Shown here piece by piece: positions 22,580 to 34,073 of a stretch of 64,000 nucleotides of DNA; positions within the stretch are counted from its first letter, which is position 1; each line of letters begins with the position of its first letter. The translations under genes were made by a program, and so were the position numbers. Location of the stretch: positions 13,084,001 through 13,148,000 of the forward strand of contig CM075990.1 of assembly GCA_038087875.1 (NCBI GenBank), read 5' to 3'. The notes under the pieces are model-generated. The model had not been told where the DNA came from and did not search any database. It was given only the letters and a program-made list of their open reading frames with translations. Origin of the DNA: Malacoraja senta. Lineage: Eukaryota.

Positions 22580-23040
22580 ACAGATGATGGTTTACACCGA
22601 AGATAGAGACAAAATGCTGGAGTAACTCAGCGGGTCAGGCATCTCTGCAGAGAAAGAATGGGTGACGTTTCGGGTCGAGACCCTTCTTCAGACAGAGTCA
22701 GGGGAGAGGGAAACTGGAATGGAAAAGTACAAAGGGAATGTGAATTGTGAAAACAACAGATTAAAGCAGACGATGATCAAGAAAATGCAGAATGGTTCAT
22801 TGTTGGCCGAGGGGAAGGTGACGGAAGCATACAATAAGTAAAATTAATCAGGGGAACAGTGAAATTAATTGGAGAACTAGGTCGGGGAGGGACGGAAAGA
22901 GAGGCAAAGCAAGGGTTACTTGAAATTAGAGAAATCAATATTCATACTGTTTGGTTGTAAGCTGCCCAAGTGCAATATGAGGTGCTGTTCCTCCAATTGG
23001 CGTATGGCCTGACCTGTTAAGTTACTCCAGCACTTTGTCT
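22580..23040 (-). mobile_element. 5'-truncated Penelope-like element: ORF C-terminus, 3'UTR, hammerhead core and short inverted end piece
   Basis: 22916-23008 minus strand = AIRQLEEQHLILHLGSLQPNSMNIDFSNFK*, resembling the PLE GIY-YIG C-terminal R-x-x-E..W/LI..L.TL.P.GLN motif. Core at 22664-22691; inverted fragment 23010-23040. Confidence 0.75.
22664..22691 (-). ncRNA. Minimal hammerhead-ribozyme core (PLE type), putative
   Basis: GT-CTGAAGA-A-GGGTCTCGACCC-GAAA-CG-TC-AC: intact boxes and a short GU/AC stem I. Confidence 0.6.
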
Positions 23041-24008
23041 TAAAAAAAGAAAGAAATACTAAACTCGACCAGCAGGTGGCAGATTCTTACAGCCTTCAAC
23101 ACTTCGCCAGCATCAGATTGACAGCATCAGATACAGTGCTGGTACAATACAGCTTAACACTCACAATTGATTATCCCGTCAGCTAACTTTGCAGAGCATA
23201 CACATTCCACTCCAGCACCAATTTATCTTCCTTCAAATGTTGTCGTATATTTTAACTTCCTCTGTCAGGTCTCAAACTTAGCTGAAAAGATGAGGCCTCA
23301 CCCAGGAAAGGTGTCCTTCACACCAGAGTTACACTTTGTATAGAAACGGGTACAATCAGGGCTGCTGGACATATGCAGAGTTTCACCAATGGTTTCATTA
23401 GTCTCCACGTAATATTCAACAAATTCCATTAACAGTGGTAGTCATCGTTTATCCATCATCAGCACCAAACTAAGATAGACACAAAATGCTGGAGTAACTC
23501 AGCGGGACAGGCAGCATCTCTGGAGAGAAGGAATGGGTGCTGTTTCGGGTCAAGACCCTTGTTAGTATGAAGAAGCTTCGGTTCAAACCAGCATCTACAG
23601 TTCCTTCTTACACATTTCATCAACACCAACCCCTCCATCCCATTCCCAACCTCCACCCAAAACATAACACAATCTCCATCACTGGACTAAAAATATTACA
23701 TTTGGTTTGATTTATGTCTATTTTTACATGTAACGAGATACAGCGATAAGCTGCTAGTCAAATTATACCATAGGAGTACAATCAAGCCATATAGAAGTAT
23801 AACAGAATATAGTGCTGCAGCATGATAGCATTAGTTACAGAGAAAGTGCATATTACCAAAAAAAAAGTGCAAGGGCTGCAGTGAGGTAGGTTGGGAGATC
23901 GGGAATACAACCTTAGTTTATGAGAGGACTGTTTGGTAATATTAGGCAATCTAACAGGTCTAAAGAACTGAATGGATGTGGGTGCAGAACATGCGGATTT
24001 ATTGGCTT

Positions 24009-24551
24009 TGTGGCATGAATCATGACACCGGATCAGTGATGAGCTCACTCGTCACAAGGTGAACTCACCCAATAGGCTTTATTTCCAACAACAGAAGCGT
24101 CCAGAGTTCCCAGTCTGTACGAGGGCACAATCCCTTGCCGTAGGTGAGGAGGCAGGGGCAAACTTGTGTTCATCCCAGTAGCTTGCTCTCCTTCTCCCTC
24201 CTGGCTGGAACTCCTGGGTTTATATGGGGTAGGGCTGGCAAGGATCAGATTAATTCATGTGATAGGAGCATAATTAGGCCATTCGGCCCATCAAGTCTAC
24301 TCCGCCATTCAATCGTGCCTGATCTCTCTTCCACTCTCAAAACCATTCTCCTGCCTTCTCCCCATAACTTCCAACACCCGTACTAATCAACGACCATGAA
24401 TTGGACCCGGCTGTAGCTCGTTTGCCTGTGGGCCCCAGTTTACTCCAGAGTGCTGGTGTTTTCCAGCAGCCACTCCTTGTTTGTTGTGCTAATCGTCCCC
24501 TTCCTCTGTGGGGGATGGGAATCCGTGGCCCTGAAGGGGGGAGTCTCGTCA
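24009..24551 (-). mobile_element. Possible solo LTR, interrupted by a CR1 3' fragment (~24256-24390)
   Basis: Minus strand starts TGACGAG; ATATAAA near 24218-24224 followed ~135 nt later by AATAAA (24078-24083); sits inside an old CR1 remnant; no TSD found. Confidence 0.35.
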
Positions 24552-24697
24552 CTGCTGTATTCTACCAAAATTCCCTGGATTCTGGAAAAGTGCCAGTGTA
24601 GCTAAGCATCTGTCATTTGGGAAATGATGGAATGCGTTCTTCAAGGTATAAAGGATAAAAAAATCAAAAGGCAATCAAGCAGAGTGAATGTGGTTGG

Positions 24698-24993
24698 AGA
24701 TAGACTCTAAATGCTGGAGTAACTCAGCGGGGCAGGAAGCATCTCTGGAGAGAGGGCATGGGTGACGTTTCGGGTCGAGACCCTTCTTCAGACCCGTAAC
24801 ATCACCCATTCCTTCTCTCCGGAGATGCTGCCTGTCCCGCTGAGTTACTCCAGCATTGATCAGCCATGATCATATTGAATGGCGGTGCAGGCTCGAAGGG
24901 CCGAATGGCCTATTTATTCCTGCACCTATTTTCTATGTTTCTATTTTCTGTCTATCTTCGGTGTAAACCAGCATCTGCAGTTCCTTCCTACAC
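24698..24993. mobile_element. Palindromic PLE element with nested CR1 3' tip (~24858-24943)
   Basis: Intact core at 24764-24791 (minus); right arm split by a CR1 3'UTR with TTCTATGTTTCTA tail. Confidence 0.75.
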
Positions 24994-25134
24994 AAGAGTT
25001 TTATGAAAGGGAAATAGTATTTGAGAAATATGATAGAGATCTTTGAGATGTAACAAACAGTGGATAATGAAGAACAGCAATGCATTTGAATTTCCAGGAG
25101 ATGTTTGATAGAGGACCACATTATAAAGTCACTG

Positions 25135-25165
<31 letters not shown>

Positions 25166-25834
25166 GCATTGCATAGGGTAGGAGTAAGGCATAGATAAAG
25201 AATTTGCTAACTAACAAAGAGTTAGGAAAAATGAGCCACTTTTGGATTGACGAAAGTTGTGCTGAAGCAAAGCAAGAATTTCATTGTCCTATCCAGGACA
25301 CATGACATTAAACTCTCTTGAATCTTGACAATCAGTAACTACAATGGGTACCACAGGGATCAAGGGCAGGGACCTCAACATGTTTAATATATGACTGGAA
25401 TGCAGGGAGCTTGTGTAGTGCAGCCAAATAACACAAAGGTGAGAGACACAAAACGCTGGAGTAACTCAGCGGGCAGTTCCCTCCAACACGAAGGTGAGTT
25501 GGCAAATTGTGAAGTGGTGACAAAGAGCATGCAAAGGGATAAGAAGGTTTCGACCCGAAACGTTGCCTGTTTCCTTCGCTCCATAGATGCTTCCTCACCC
25601 GCTGAGTTTCTCAAACATTTTTGTCTACCTGCAAAGGGATAGACAGTTTCAGCGAGTCTCAAGAATTTGGCAGAAGTTCAGGAAGAGCCACTTTCTCACA
25701 CCACCAGGTTCTTCCACTGGCACAATCCAAATCCTACCTTGCAATTGGACACTACAATTGACACTTCTTGCAATACCACAGACTTGTAATCTAATTTTTT
25801 TTTTTGCACTAAAGACTGTCTTTTTCTTAAACTG

Positions 25835-26138
25835 TTTAAGTTAGAGATGCAGTATAGAAACAGGCCCTTCGACCACTGAACCTATACTAACCATTGATCA
25901 TCCGTTCATAAGAGCTATATATTATCCCACTTTCCCATCCACTCCCTACACACTATGGATGATTTAGAGGTCAATTAACCTACAAACCGAATGCACGTCT
26001 TTGGGACGTGGGAGGAAACACACACAGCCACAGGGAGAATATGCAAACTCCACACAGACAGCACCTGAGATCAGGATTGAACATGGGTCCCTGGTACAGT
26101 GAGGCAGAAGCCCAAGCACCTGTACCATTGTGCAGCCC
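25835..26138 (-). mobile_element. V-SINE (HE1-like)
   Basis: Reverse complement V-domain and tRNA-like head. Confidence 0.75.
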
Positions 26139-26744
26139 AAACATTCTATGGTCTAGTAGAGATTGTGTACTTTACAAGTAGTTTTTCTGTGTGTGCTGTT
26201 TGAGTCTACATGCGGGTGATGCTGCTGCTCCAAGCAAGATTTCCATTGTACATGTACGAACAACCACAAACCTTACTTGGCGACTTGACTTGACCTAGGC
26301 AAGACAAAGGAAATGTGTCCTCCACATCACAAGGGCTTAGTGGCGCATTTTGAGATTGCAGCAAACACTGCACAGTCAATGAATACCAACACATTCACAT
26401 TAGCACTGTGAGCTGCCAAGAAGAGAGATCAGCACAGATATCTGATGCAGAACTAAAGCAGGGACTACTCTATTGTTGCAAAATGTGACAGATGGGCAGG
26501 AGCATTTAAATAGTATATTTGACATCTGCACAGCAGGCAACTGCAAATGTGGTTCTATGGCAATTTATTGTACTGCTTCATGACCCTTTTAAAATTTTAA
26601 TTCCTATTAAATAAGAGATCGGCTACACAGATAAATTGGAAAAACCAGCGTGTTCTGCTCAGAGGTGCTTAAAGTTGTGTATGTTTAAACGGAGTAGAGG
26701 TGCCTGGTTTCAATAGTGATTCGACGAGCAGAGGAGCAGATTTA

Positions 26745-27190
26745 AGATTGATTGATTATACCTTTAATAATCCTTTGCAGGAAATTACAATGCCACGACA
26801 GCTTCAAGACAGACATAACACCACAAATAGCTTCCATACTTAACAAGTTAAAATACAAGTTAAAATACAATTAATTTTAAAAAAAAGTGCAGTTATTTAT
26901 GCGCATTATATAACCTTATAGCAGCTGGTAAACAGGACTTCCTATGTCTCTCAGTTTTGCACATTGGTGCAATCAGTCTCTGACTGAAGATGCTGCTCTT
27001 GATCACCTTCAGGGCATGGAGTGGGTGAGTGGGGTTGGTCATTATAGAACCCAGTTTTTTCAGAGTTCTGGCCTCTGCCACCTGCTGGACCGTTCGTTGC
27101 TCAGCCCCGACCACTGAGCCGGCCTTCCTGATCAGTTTGTCCAGTCTGTTTTTGTCCGCTATGCGAGCGCCATCTCCCCAACAGGCCACC
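26745..27190 (-). mobile_element. Rex1/Babar LINE 3' fragment
   Basis: ORF 26893-27189 ..NPTHPLH..KTERHRKSCLPAAIRLYN; (AATC)n tail. Confidence 0.85.
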
Positions 27191-27445
27191 GAGGGGGAAA
27201 AGAACCAGGGGAAAGTCTTTCAAACAAGGTGCATTCAGGATTTAGATTGTATCGGCAGCAGGAGAATTAGTTGCACCTTTCGGAAAGGAACCAAATTAAA
27301 AAAGAACGGAACAGGTGTGAGAGACAACTTAGGAGATGCAATGTTGGAAATTTTGTAACACGGCAACCAATGCTTACAGTCCATAGTCAAATAATGGAAA
27401 ACATCTGCACTTCATTGACATTTATCTCAAATGCCTAGCTCACTA

Positions 27446-28148
27446 AAATACAAAGTGCTAGAGGAACTCAGCAGGTCAGGCACCATAGTCAGTGTGGAAA
27501 CATGCCCTTCAGCCCAATATGCCCACACCAGCCAACATGTCCCAGCTACACCAGTCCCACCTACCTGCGTTTGGTCCATATCCCTCCAAACGTGTCCTAT
27601 CCATTTACCTGTCTGTTTCTAAAACGTTGGGATAGTCCCAGCCTCAACTACCTCCTCTGGCAGCTTGTTCCACGCACCCAGCACCCTTTGCGTGAAAAAG
27701 TTACCCCTCGGATTCCTTCTGAAGGGTTTCGGCCCGAAACGTTGCCTATTTCCTTCGCTCCATAGATGCTACCGCACCCGCTGAGTTTCTCCAGCACTTT
27801 TGTCTACCTTTTAAATCTTTTCCCTTTCACCTTGAACCTATATCCTCTGGTCCTCGATTCCCCTACTCTGGGCAAGGGATTCTGTGCATCTACCCGATCT
27901 ATTCCTCTCATGATTTTAAACACCTCTGTAAGATCATCCCTCATCCTCCTGCACTCCAAATGACAATATCTTTCCCATAACATGGTGCCCGGAACTGAAC
28001 GCAATACTCTAAATATCTGGGGAGGGAATGGACAGGTGATGTTTTGGGCCGGGACACATCTTTGGACAATTCCTCCCCAGATGCTGCTTGGTCTGCTGAG
28101 TTCCTCCAGCACTTTGTGTTTTGCTCAACATTCAAGCATCTGCAGTTT
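27446..28148. mobile_element. Triple nest: PLE palindrome containing a CR1 fragment (~27483-28013, minus) containing a PLE piece (~27719-27806)
   Basis: Arms GTGCTAGAGGAACTCAGCAGGTCAGGCA and ATCTGGGGAGGGAATGGACAGG rejoin into one consensus when the CR1 is removed. Confidence 0.7.
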
Positions 28149-28408
28149 ATTGAGTGCATGTAATTCACACCCAAATGGCAGTCGGAAATCTGAAAAATCA
28201 AAAGGTAGATTGTGTATATATATATATATCTGCTGATAATTTACCCACAGAGTTTCCTGTTTACAAGATGGATTTTCACAAAAGCAGAGCTGGAAGGAAA
28301 GCTTGATGAAGCAGCAACTCCTCCAGCTTCCAGACCTGGACTTCAATAGGCATCAGAATTTGAGCAGTGACTTGCTAAACTCAGTGTTCTGTGCTGAACA
28401 TGACACCA

Positions 28409-29890
28409 ATTCCTGGGCTTGCATATCTCTGAAAATCTCTCCTGGTCCCAGCACACTGATACAATTATAAAGAAAGCACATCAGCGCCTCTACTTCCTGA
28501 GAAGACTACGGAGAGTCGGTATGTCAAGGAGGACTCTCTCGAACTTCTGCAGGTGCACAGTAGAGAGCATGCTGACCGGTTGCATCGTGGCTTGGTTCGG
28601 CAACTTGAGCGCCCAGGAGCGGAAAAGACTGCAAAAAGTCGTAAACACTGCCCAGTCCATCATCGGCTCTGACCTCCCTACCATCGAGGGGATCTGTCGC
28701 AGTCGCTGCCTCAAAAAGGCTGCCAGCGTCATCAAGGACCCACACCATCCTGGCCACTCACTCATCTCCCCGCTGCCTACAGGTAGAAGGTACAGGAGCC
28801 TGAAATCTGCAACATCCAGGTTCAAAAATAGCTACTTCCCCACAGCCATCAGGCTATTAAACTCAACTCAAACAAAACTCTGAACATTAATAGCCCATTG
28901 CACTTTATGTTTATTTATGTGTGTATATACATAATAATACATCCTCTGGTCCTCGTTCCTGGGAGTGCACATCACAGATGATCAGACATGGTCCACCAAC
29001 ACCATCTCCCTAGTCAAGAAAGCACAGCAACGCCTCCACTTCCTTCGACGGATGAGGAGAGCCGACCTCCCCCCTTCTGCCCTCACCACTTTTTACAGGG
29101 GTGCCATTGAGAGCATTCTTACCAGCAGTCTCTCAGTCTGGTATGGCAGTTGCTCTGCTGCTGACCAGAAGGCCCTGCAGAGAGTGGTGAGGACAGCGGA
29201 GAAGATCACTAGATCACCCCAACCAGCAATCCAGGACTTATACCCATCTCGCTGTCGCAAGAGAGCAACCAATATCATCAAAGACACCACCCACCCAGCA
29301 CACAAACTGTTCACCCTCCTACCATCCGGCAAGCGCTACCGCAGCATGCGGAGCAAAACCACCAGATTCGAAAACAGCTTTTTCCCTCAGGCCATCAGAC
29401 TACTCAACACACTCAAGAATATTCCATGAACATTACACAAACAAAGACCAACTGACTGTCAAATTAACTTTAACTCAATGTCTGCAGTATGCTATTTGCA
29501 CTTTTCTATATTGCACCTTTTATTATTGCACCTTAATAACATACCTCAAAATTTTACTACACTCTGGCACACTGTGAATATTTTATATAATGAATATGTC
29601 CATTGTCTATCTTTATTGGTATATTGTCTGTCTGTGTTATAAATATTACTTGCACATTGGAGTATGGGGAAACGCAATTTCAATCCTCTGTGTAACTACT
29701 TGTTGCATTATTTGAATTGACAATAACGTTTACTTTGACTTTTACTTTTACTATATATTCATTGGTATGTGGTCACACTGATCTGTTCTGTATTTATTCA
29801 TGCCTACTATATTCTGTTGGGCTGAAGCAAAGCAAGAATTTCATTGTCCTATCTGGGACACATGACAATAAACTCTCTTGAATCTTGAAT
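28409..29890 (+). mobile_element. Rex1/Babar LINE A 3' part (ORF end 28419-28883; 3'UTR resumes ~29752-29890)
   Basis: KKAHQRLYFLRRL..DPHHPGH..SYFPTAIRLLN; (CTTGAAT) tail; uninterrupted relative at 44972-45330. Confidence 0.9.
28955..29751 (+). mobile_element. Rex1/Babar LINE B nested in the 3'UTR of LINE A
   Basis: ORF 28965-29429 KKAQQRLHFLRRM..DTTHPAH..SFFPQAIRLLN; own (TTTAC/TTGAC) tail ~29730-29751. Confidence 0.9.
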
Positions 29891-30299
29891 GTTGAAAGAC
29901 AAACTTTTTATCTACCTGCAACTAATTAATATCCCTCCACATCCATATGCCCATGCAAAAGTCTTTTAAATGCCTCTATTATATCTGCCTCCACCACCAT
30001 CCCCAACATTCACCACCCTCACCAAGTACAAAACTTGACCCGCATATCTCATTTAAACTTTGCCCCTCTCACCTTAAAGCTATGTCCTCTAGTATTTGAT
30101 TTTTCTGCCCTGGGAAAAAGGATCTGTCCATGCCTCATAATTTTATATACCTCTCTGTCTCCCTGGCATTCCAGAGAAAACAATCCAAGTCTGTCCAACC
30201 TTCACCTAATCCCCCCCACCCCCCCCCTAATCCATGCACCATTCTGGTAAAATTCCTCTGTAAAATAAAGAGACAGTAACAGAAAGGTGTTTAATTCAG

Positions 30300-32421
30300 A
30301 CTTTAATTTTTAGTTTTGACATTTGTATTTATTGTAGAACTGCCTGAAAAGGACTCCCTTCTAATTAACGAGTAAATAATATTGAAACCATACTGGGCCA
30401 TTCAGCATAGAAAATACATGTCTACATATTCAATAAAATAGCAGACATTGGACTGCCATATAAATGCGTTAAACATTTGCCAGCTGCCCCTGCTGATAAT
30501 TTATAGACTTCTATATTGGTAGCAGCAGCAAGAATTGCCTGAGCAGTAATGGCAAACACAAATCCATAAGCATTGAATTAAAACTGGGATGAGAAACTCT
30601 AGCCTCTGGCTCCTAGGGACTGAGGGGAGATGTTGATGAAACACTCGTCAGCAGATGTTAGTCCTGCAATTAAATAAAAGGAAAGTACAGTTTCAAATCA
30701 TTTCTGAAGATTTAAAACATTATACTTTATTTTATATCAATACCTTAAAGGTACAGCCTTAAAAATAAAAATGCTTTAGCCAATGTTGCTCTTTGGGGCA
30801 AAAAAGGATGCAGAAAATGGTTCTGTAGAAGCTACAATAATTACAGCAATATTCCTGATTATTCTTGTATTGTCATGTTTGAGACAACTATTCTAATCGG
30901 TAACATGAATAACTTATTGAAGAAAGATGCATCAATAGAGATTCACTCGGCACTGATTAGCATGGAGCAATAAAAACACACTATTTAAAAAAAAGCAAAA
31001 ACAAGCAAAAATTATTTGTTACTGGATGCAAAGATTCTACCCAGTGACTGCCTTCTGATTTCAAGACACAAGGGAATGCAGATGCTGGTTTACAAAATAG
31101 ACAAATATATTTACTCCAGCACTTTCTGTCTCTTTCCGAGTTCAAGTCCTACTTCAAGTGCTGAGTCTATAATTTTAGGCCAGGCATTCGCTGCAAGTAC
31201 TCTTATCTAAATACATTTTATCTACATGATTTCATTTTGGGAAATGGGAAAGAGTACTTTCTTTTATTTGCTGAACTTTCAAGTGTTTACTCCGATTCCA
31301 TTGTTTTACTGAAGATAGACACAAAATGCTGGAGTAACCCAGCGGAACAGGCAGCATCTCTGGAGAGAAGGAATGGGTGACGTTTCAGGTCGAGACCCTC
31401 CAGACTAGTAAAACCATTGTTTTACTCTTCACAACATTCGTGCAACGACATTGATAATCTGCCCAGTTTAATCCCCTTCTTTTGGGGCCAAGTTTCTAGT
31501 CATTCTCTCACACAATCCCTTCTGGACCTTCCATCACCCATTTGGATTTATTAACCCAAACCCTCACTGGCTGGATGGATGGCATTTTCATTTGCATTGA
31601 TGCGCATTAACCCAGCGTGCAAAATGTGGACTTGGATGAAACAGGACTTGGATGAAGAGTCCGTGAGGAGTCCATGACAACAATGTAGCTGGGGGTACGG
31701 GAGGAAAAACTGAATTTCTGATCTAAACAATTTCTACTATAATGGAGGTGGTTAATTCTAAGTTAAGAGTTTTTGAACTGTGTGAGGATCTAAAATACAT
31801 TTTGTTTAACTTTTTGATTCCCCTTGTAAGATGACCTCCAGATCTGTGGGGTGGGGGTCAGAGCGAGGTTATTGTTCTAGTCCCAGCAGACACACCCCTC
31901 AGAGAAAGGGAAAGACCAGTGCCCTGCCATTTTGGGAAGTCTGACAGTAACTGTTCTGTGAGATTGAAATACAGCAGAGTCAGGTGTGAATCTAATCCTG
32001 CACGTGTTAGCATCAGAGACCCCATGAGAACGAACACAAGCTGTGTACTGTGGTGACTTTTGCTACTTTGATGGGCTGTGAGCATCATAGTAATTGAGCT
32101 CATTTACAGTAACTGCCAACACTGGTCCACAAGCATGTTGGTTGCAGATTGCAAGAGACAAATTCACGTCTTCAGTCTGTCAATAACTTAAGAGTAAATT
32201 GCTGCTTCAAACCTATTGGGATACATGTGCAACCTGTCATACAAAATTCCCACATTTTAAAAGAAAAAGGCAAGGCAAAATTGGAAAACAAGACCCCAGT
32301 AGTTCAACGTTCCACGAGTTAAGGCATTAGCACATCCCATGTCAGTCCTTCCGATAATCTTGAGATTAGATTCTAAAGATGCTCAGGGCTGATGTGCAAC
32401 TGAGGCATTTCTATTTTCTCT
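30300..32421 (-). other. MICU1: Putative MICU1 3'UTR
   Basis: Downstream of the stop; candidate AATAAA signals on the minus strand at 30726-30731 and 30328-30333 with T-rich downstream tracts. The end used cannot be determined from sequence. Confidence 0.45.
31311..31406 (-). mobile_element. PLE 3'-end fragment within the putative MICU1 3'UTR
   Basis: 13-bp TSD CCATTGTTTTACT (31298-31310, 31414-31426). Confidence 0.75.
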
Positions 32422-32604
<183 letters not shown>

Positions 32605-33093
32605 CTATTAATAACCTGCACCATTAGCCACATGTCCTTGCACCGACTGAACACGTTCAACAAGGAAATCAAAATGCCACTTATTTGCCGTGAAAATGTT
32701 CAGAAACATCACGGTCAGGGCCAGGTTATTTTTTTGTACTTTCACAGGTTGACAGGATGCAAAAGACAATCTGATCCAAGTCGCCAGATGAATTTAATGA
32801 AAAGTTGAGTTGGTGGAGATTTTCTGAGTGTAGAGATGCAATCTATACTAATCCCAATTACCATGCACACGGCTTCTCCCAAGTGTCAGTTTGCATCATT
32901 GGCTATGTTGTAATCTGTATCGACAATTAGTGCAGTGCTGTGAGAATCCTAGGCTAGCAGACTGACACTGGGAGTTAAAGTACTGAGGGAAAACTATATT
33001 CTCTCTCTGGGTGCCTTGTATTAGTACTGAATGTTACCTTAAGCCAGCACTGCTAACAGGGCTTGATTAACCAAGCCAGGTGCAACAACACAA

Positions 33094-33397
33094 GCGGCAC
33101 AGTGGCGCAGCAGTAAAGTCGCTGTCTTACAGCGCCAGAGACCCAGGTTCGATCCTGACTACGGGTGCTGTCTGTACGGAGTTTGTACGTTCTCCTTGTG
33201 ACCTGCGTAGGTTTTCTCCGGGAGCTCCGGTTTCCTCCCACACTCCAAAGACGTACAGGTTTGTAGGTTAATTGGCTTGGTATGATTGTAAATTGTCCCT
33301 AGTGCGTGTAGGATAGTGTGAGTGTGTGGGGATCGTTGGTTGGAGCTGACTCGGTGGGCTAAAGGGCCTGTTTCCGCGCTGTATCTCTAAACTAAAC
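33094..33397 (+). mobile_element. V-SINE (HE1-like), near consensus
   Basis: TGGCGCAGCAG A-box, GGTTCGATCC B-box, V-domain, CTAAACTAAAC tail. Confidence 0.9.
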
Positions 33398-33895
33398 TAC
33401 TGAACGTTACCTTAAACCAGCACTGCTAACAGGGCTTAATTAAGTAAGTCGGAGCAACAACGCTCCCGGGAGATGAATCTACTTGTACTGTGCGATGTTT
33501 TCATATCAGCATTGTTGCAGTTAACGAGGAGTGGGACTTGCCCCTTGCTCTTCCCCAGGCATTGCAAACTTGACTGCCAGAGAATCTTTGGGCTCAGGGA
33601 ATAAGTGGCCTTTGGTTCTTCCAACTCCTGAGGCCCCCACCGTGGTATTTGTTTGCTCTTTCTGCTTCAGTGGCATTTTCAGCTAACTTCTTTCACAACA
33701 TTACATAAAATAGTTTTGTGACTTCCTAGTTTACGCTTCAATTCCTAATTCATAGCCCATATCGTCTGGCATTTAAACCCATCCTTACAGTGAATGGAGT
33801 TGCTATATCTCTCTTCCGCAGCCACCGAGTCATGTTCTGAATAGGCTGCACATTTATTTCATTTCAAATGTAGATCAGGCAACAATAACTAGGTG

Positions 33896-34073
33896 TTGTG
33901 TCGGAAGGAATTGCAGATACTGGTTCACACCAAAAATAGACACAACATAAGGGAGTAACTCAGCAGAACAGGCAGCATCTCTGGAGAGAAGGAATGGGTG
34001 ACATTTCGGGTGGAGACCCTTCATCAGACTGAAGGGTCTCGATCCGAAAACGTCACCCATTCCTTCTCTCCAG
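33896..34073. mobile_element. Palindromic PLE element with intact core on the MICU1 sense strand (34000-34027)
   Basis: Minus strand: GT-CTGATGA-A-GGGT-CTCC-ACCC-GAAA-TG-TC-AC. Confidence 0.7.

Noticed and set aside
33094..33170. tRNA-like sequences (also 661, 6122, 21086)
   Set aside because: They are SINE heads continuing into the V-domain and CR1-like tail, not tRNA genes.
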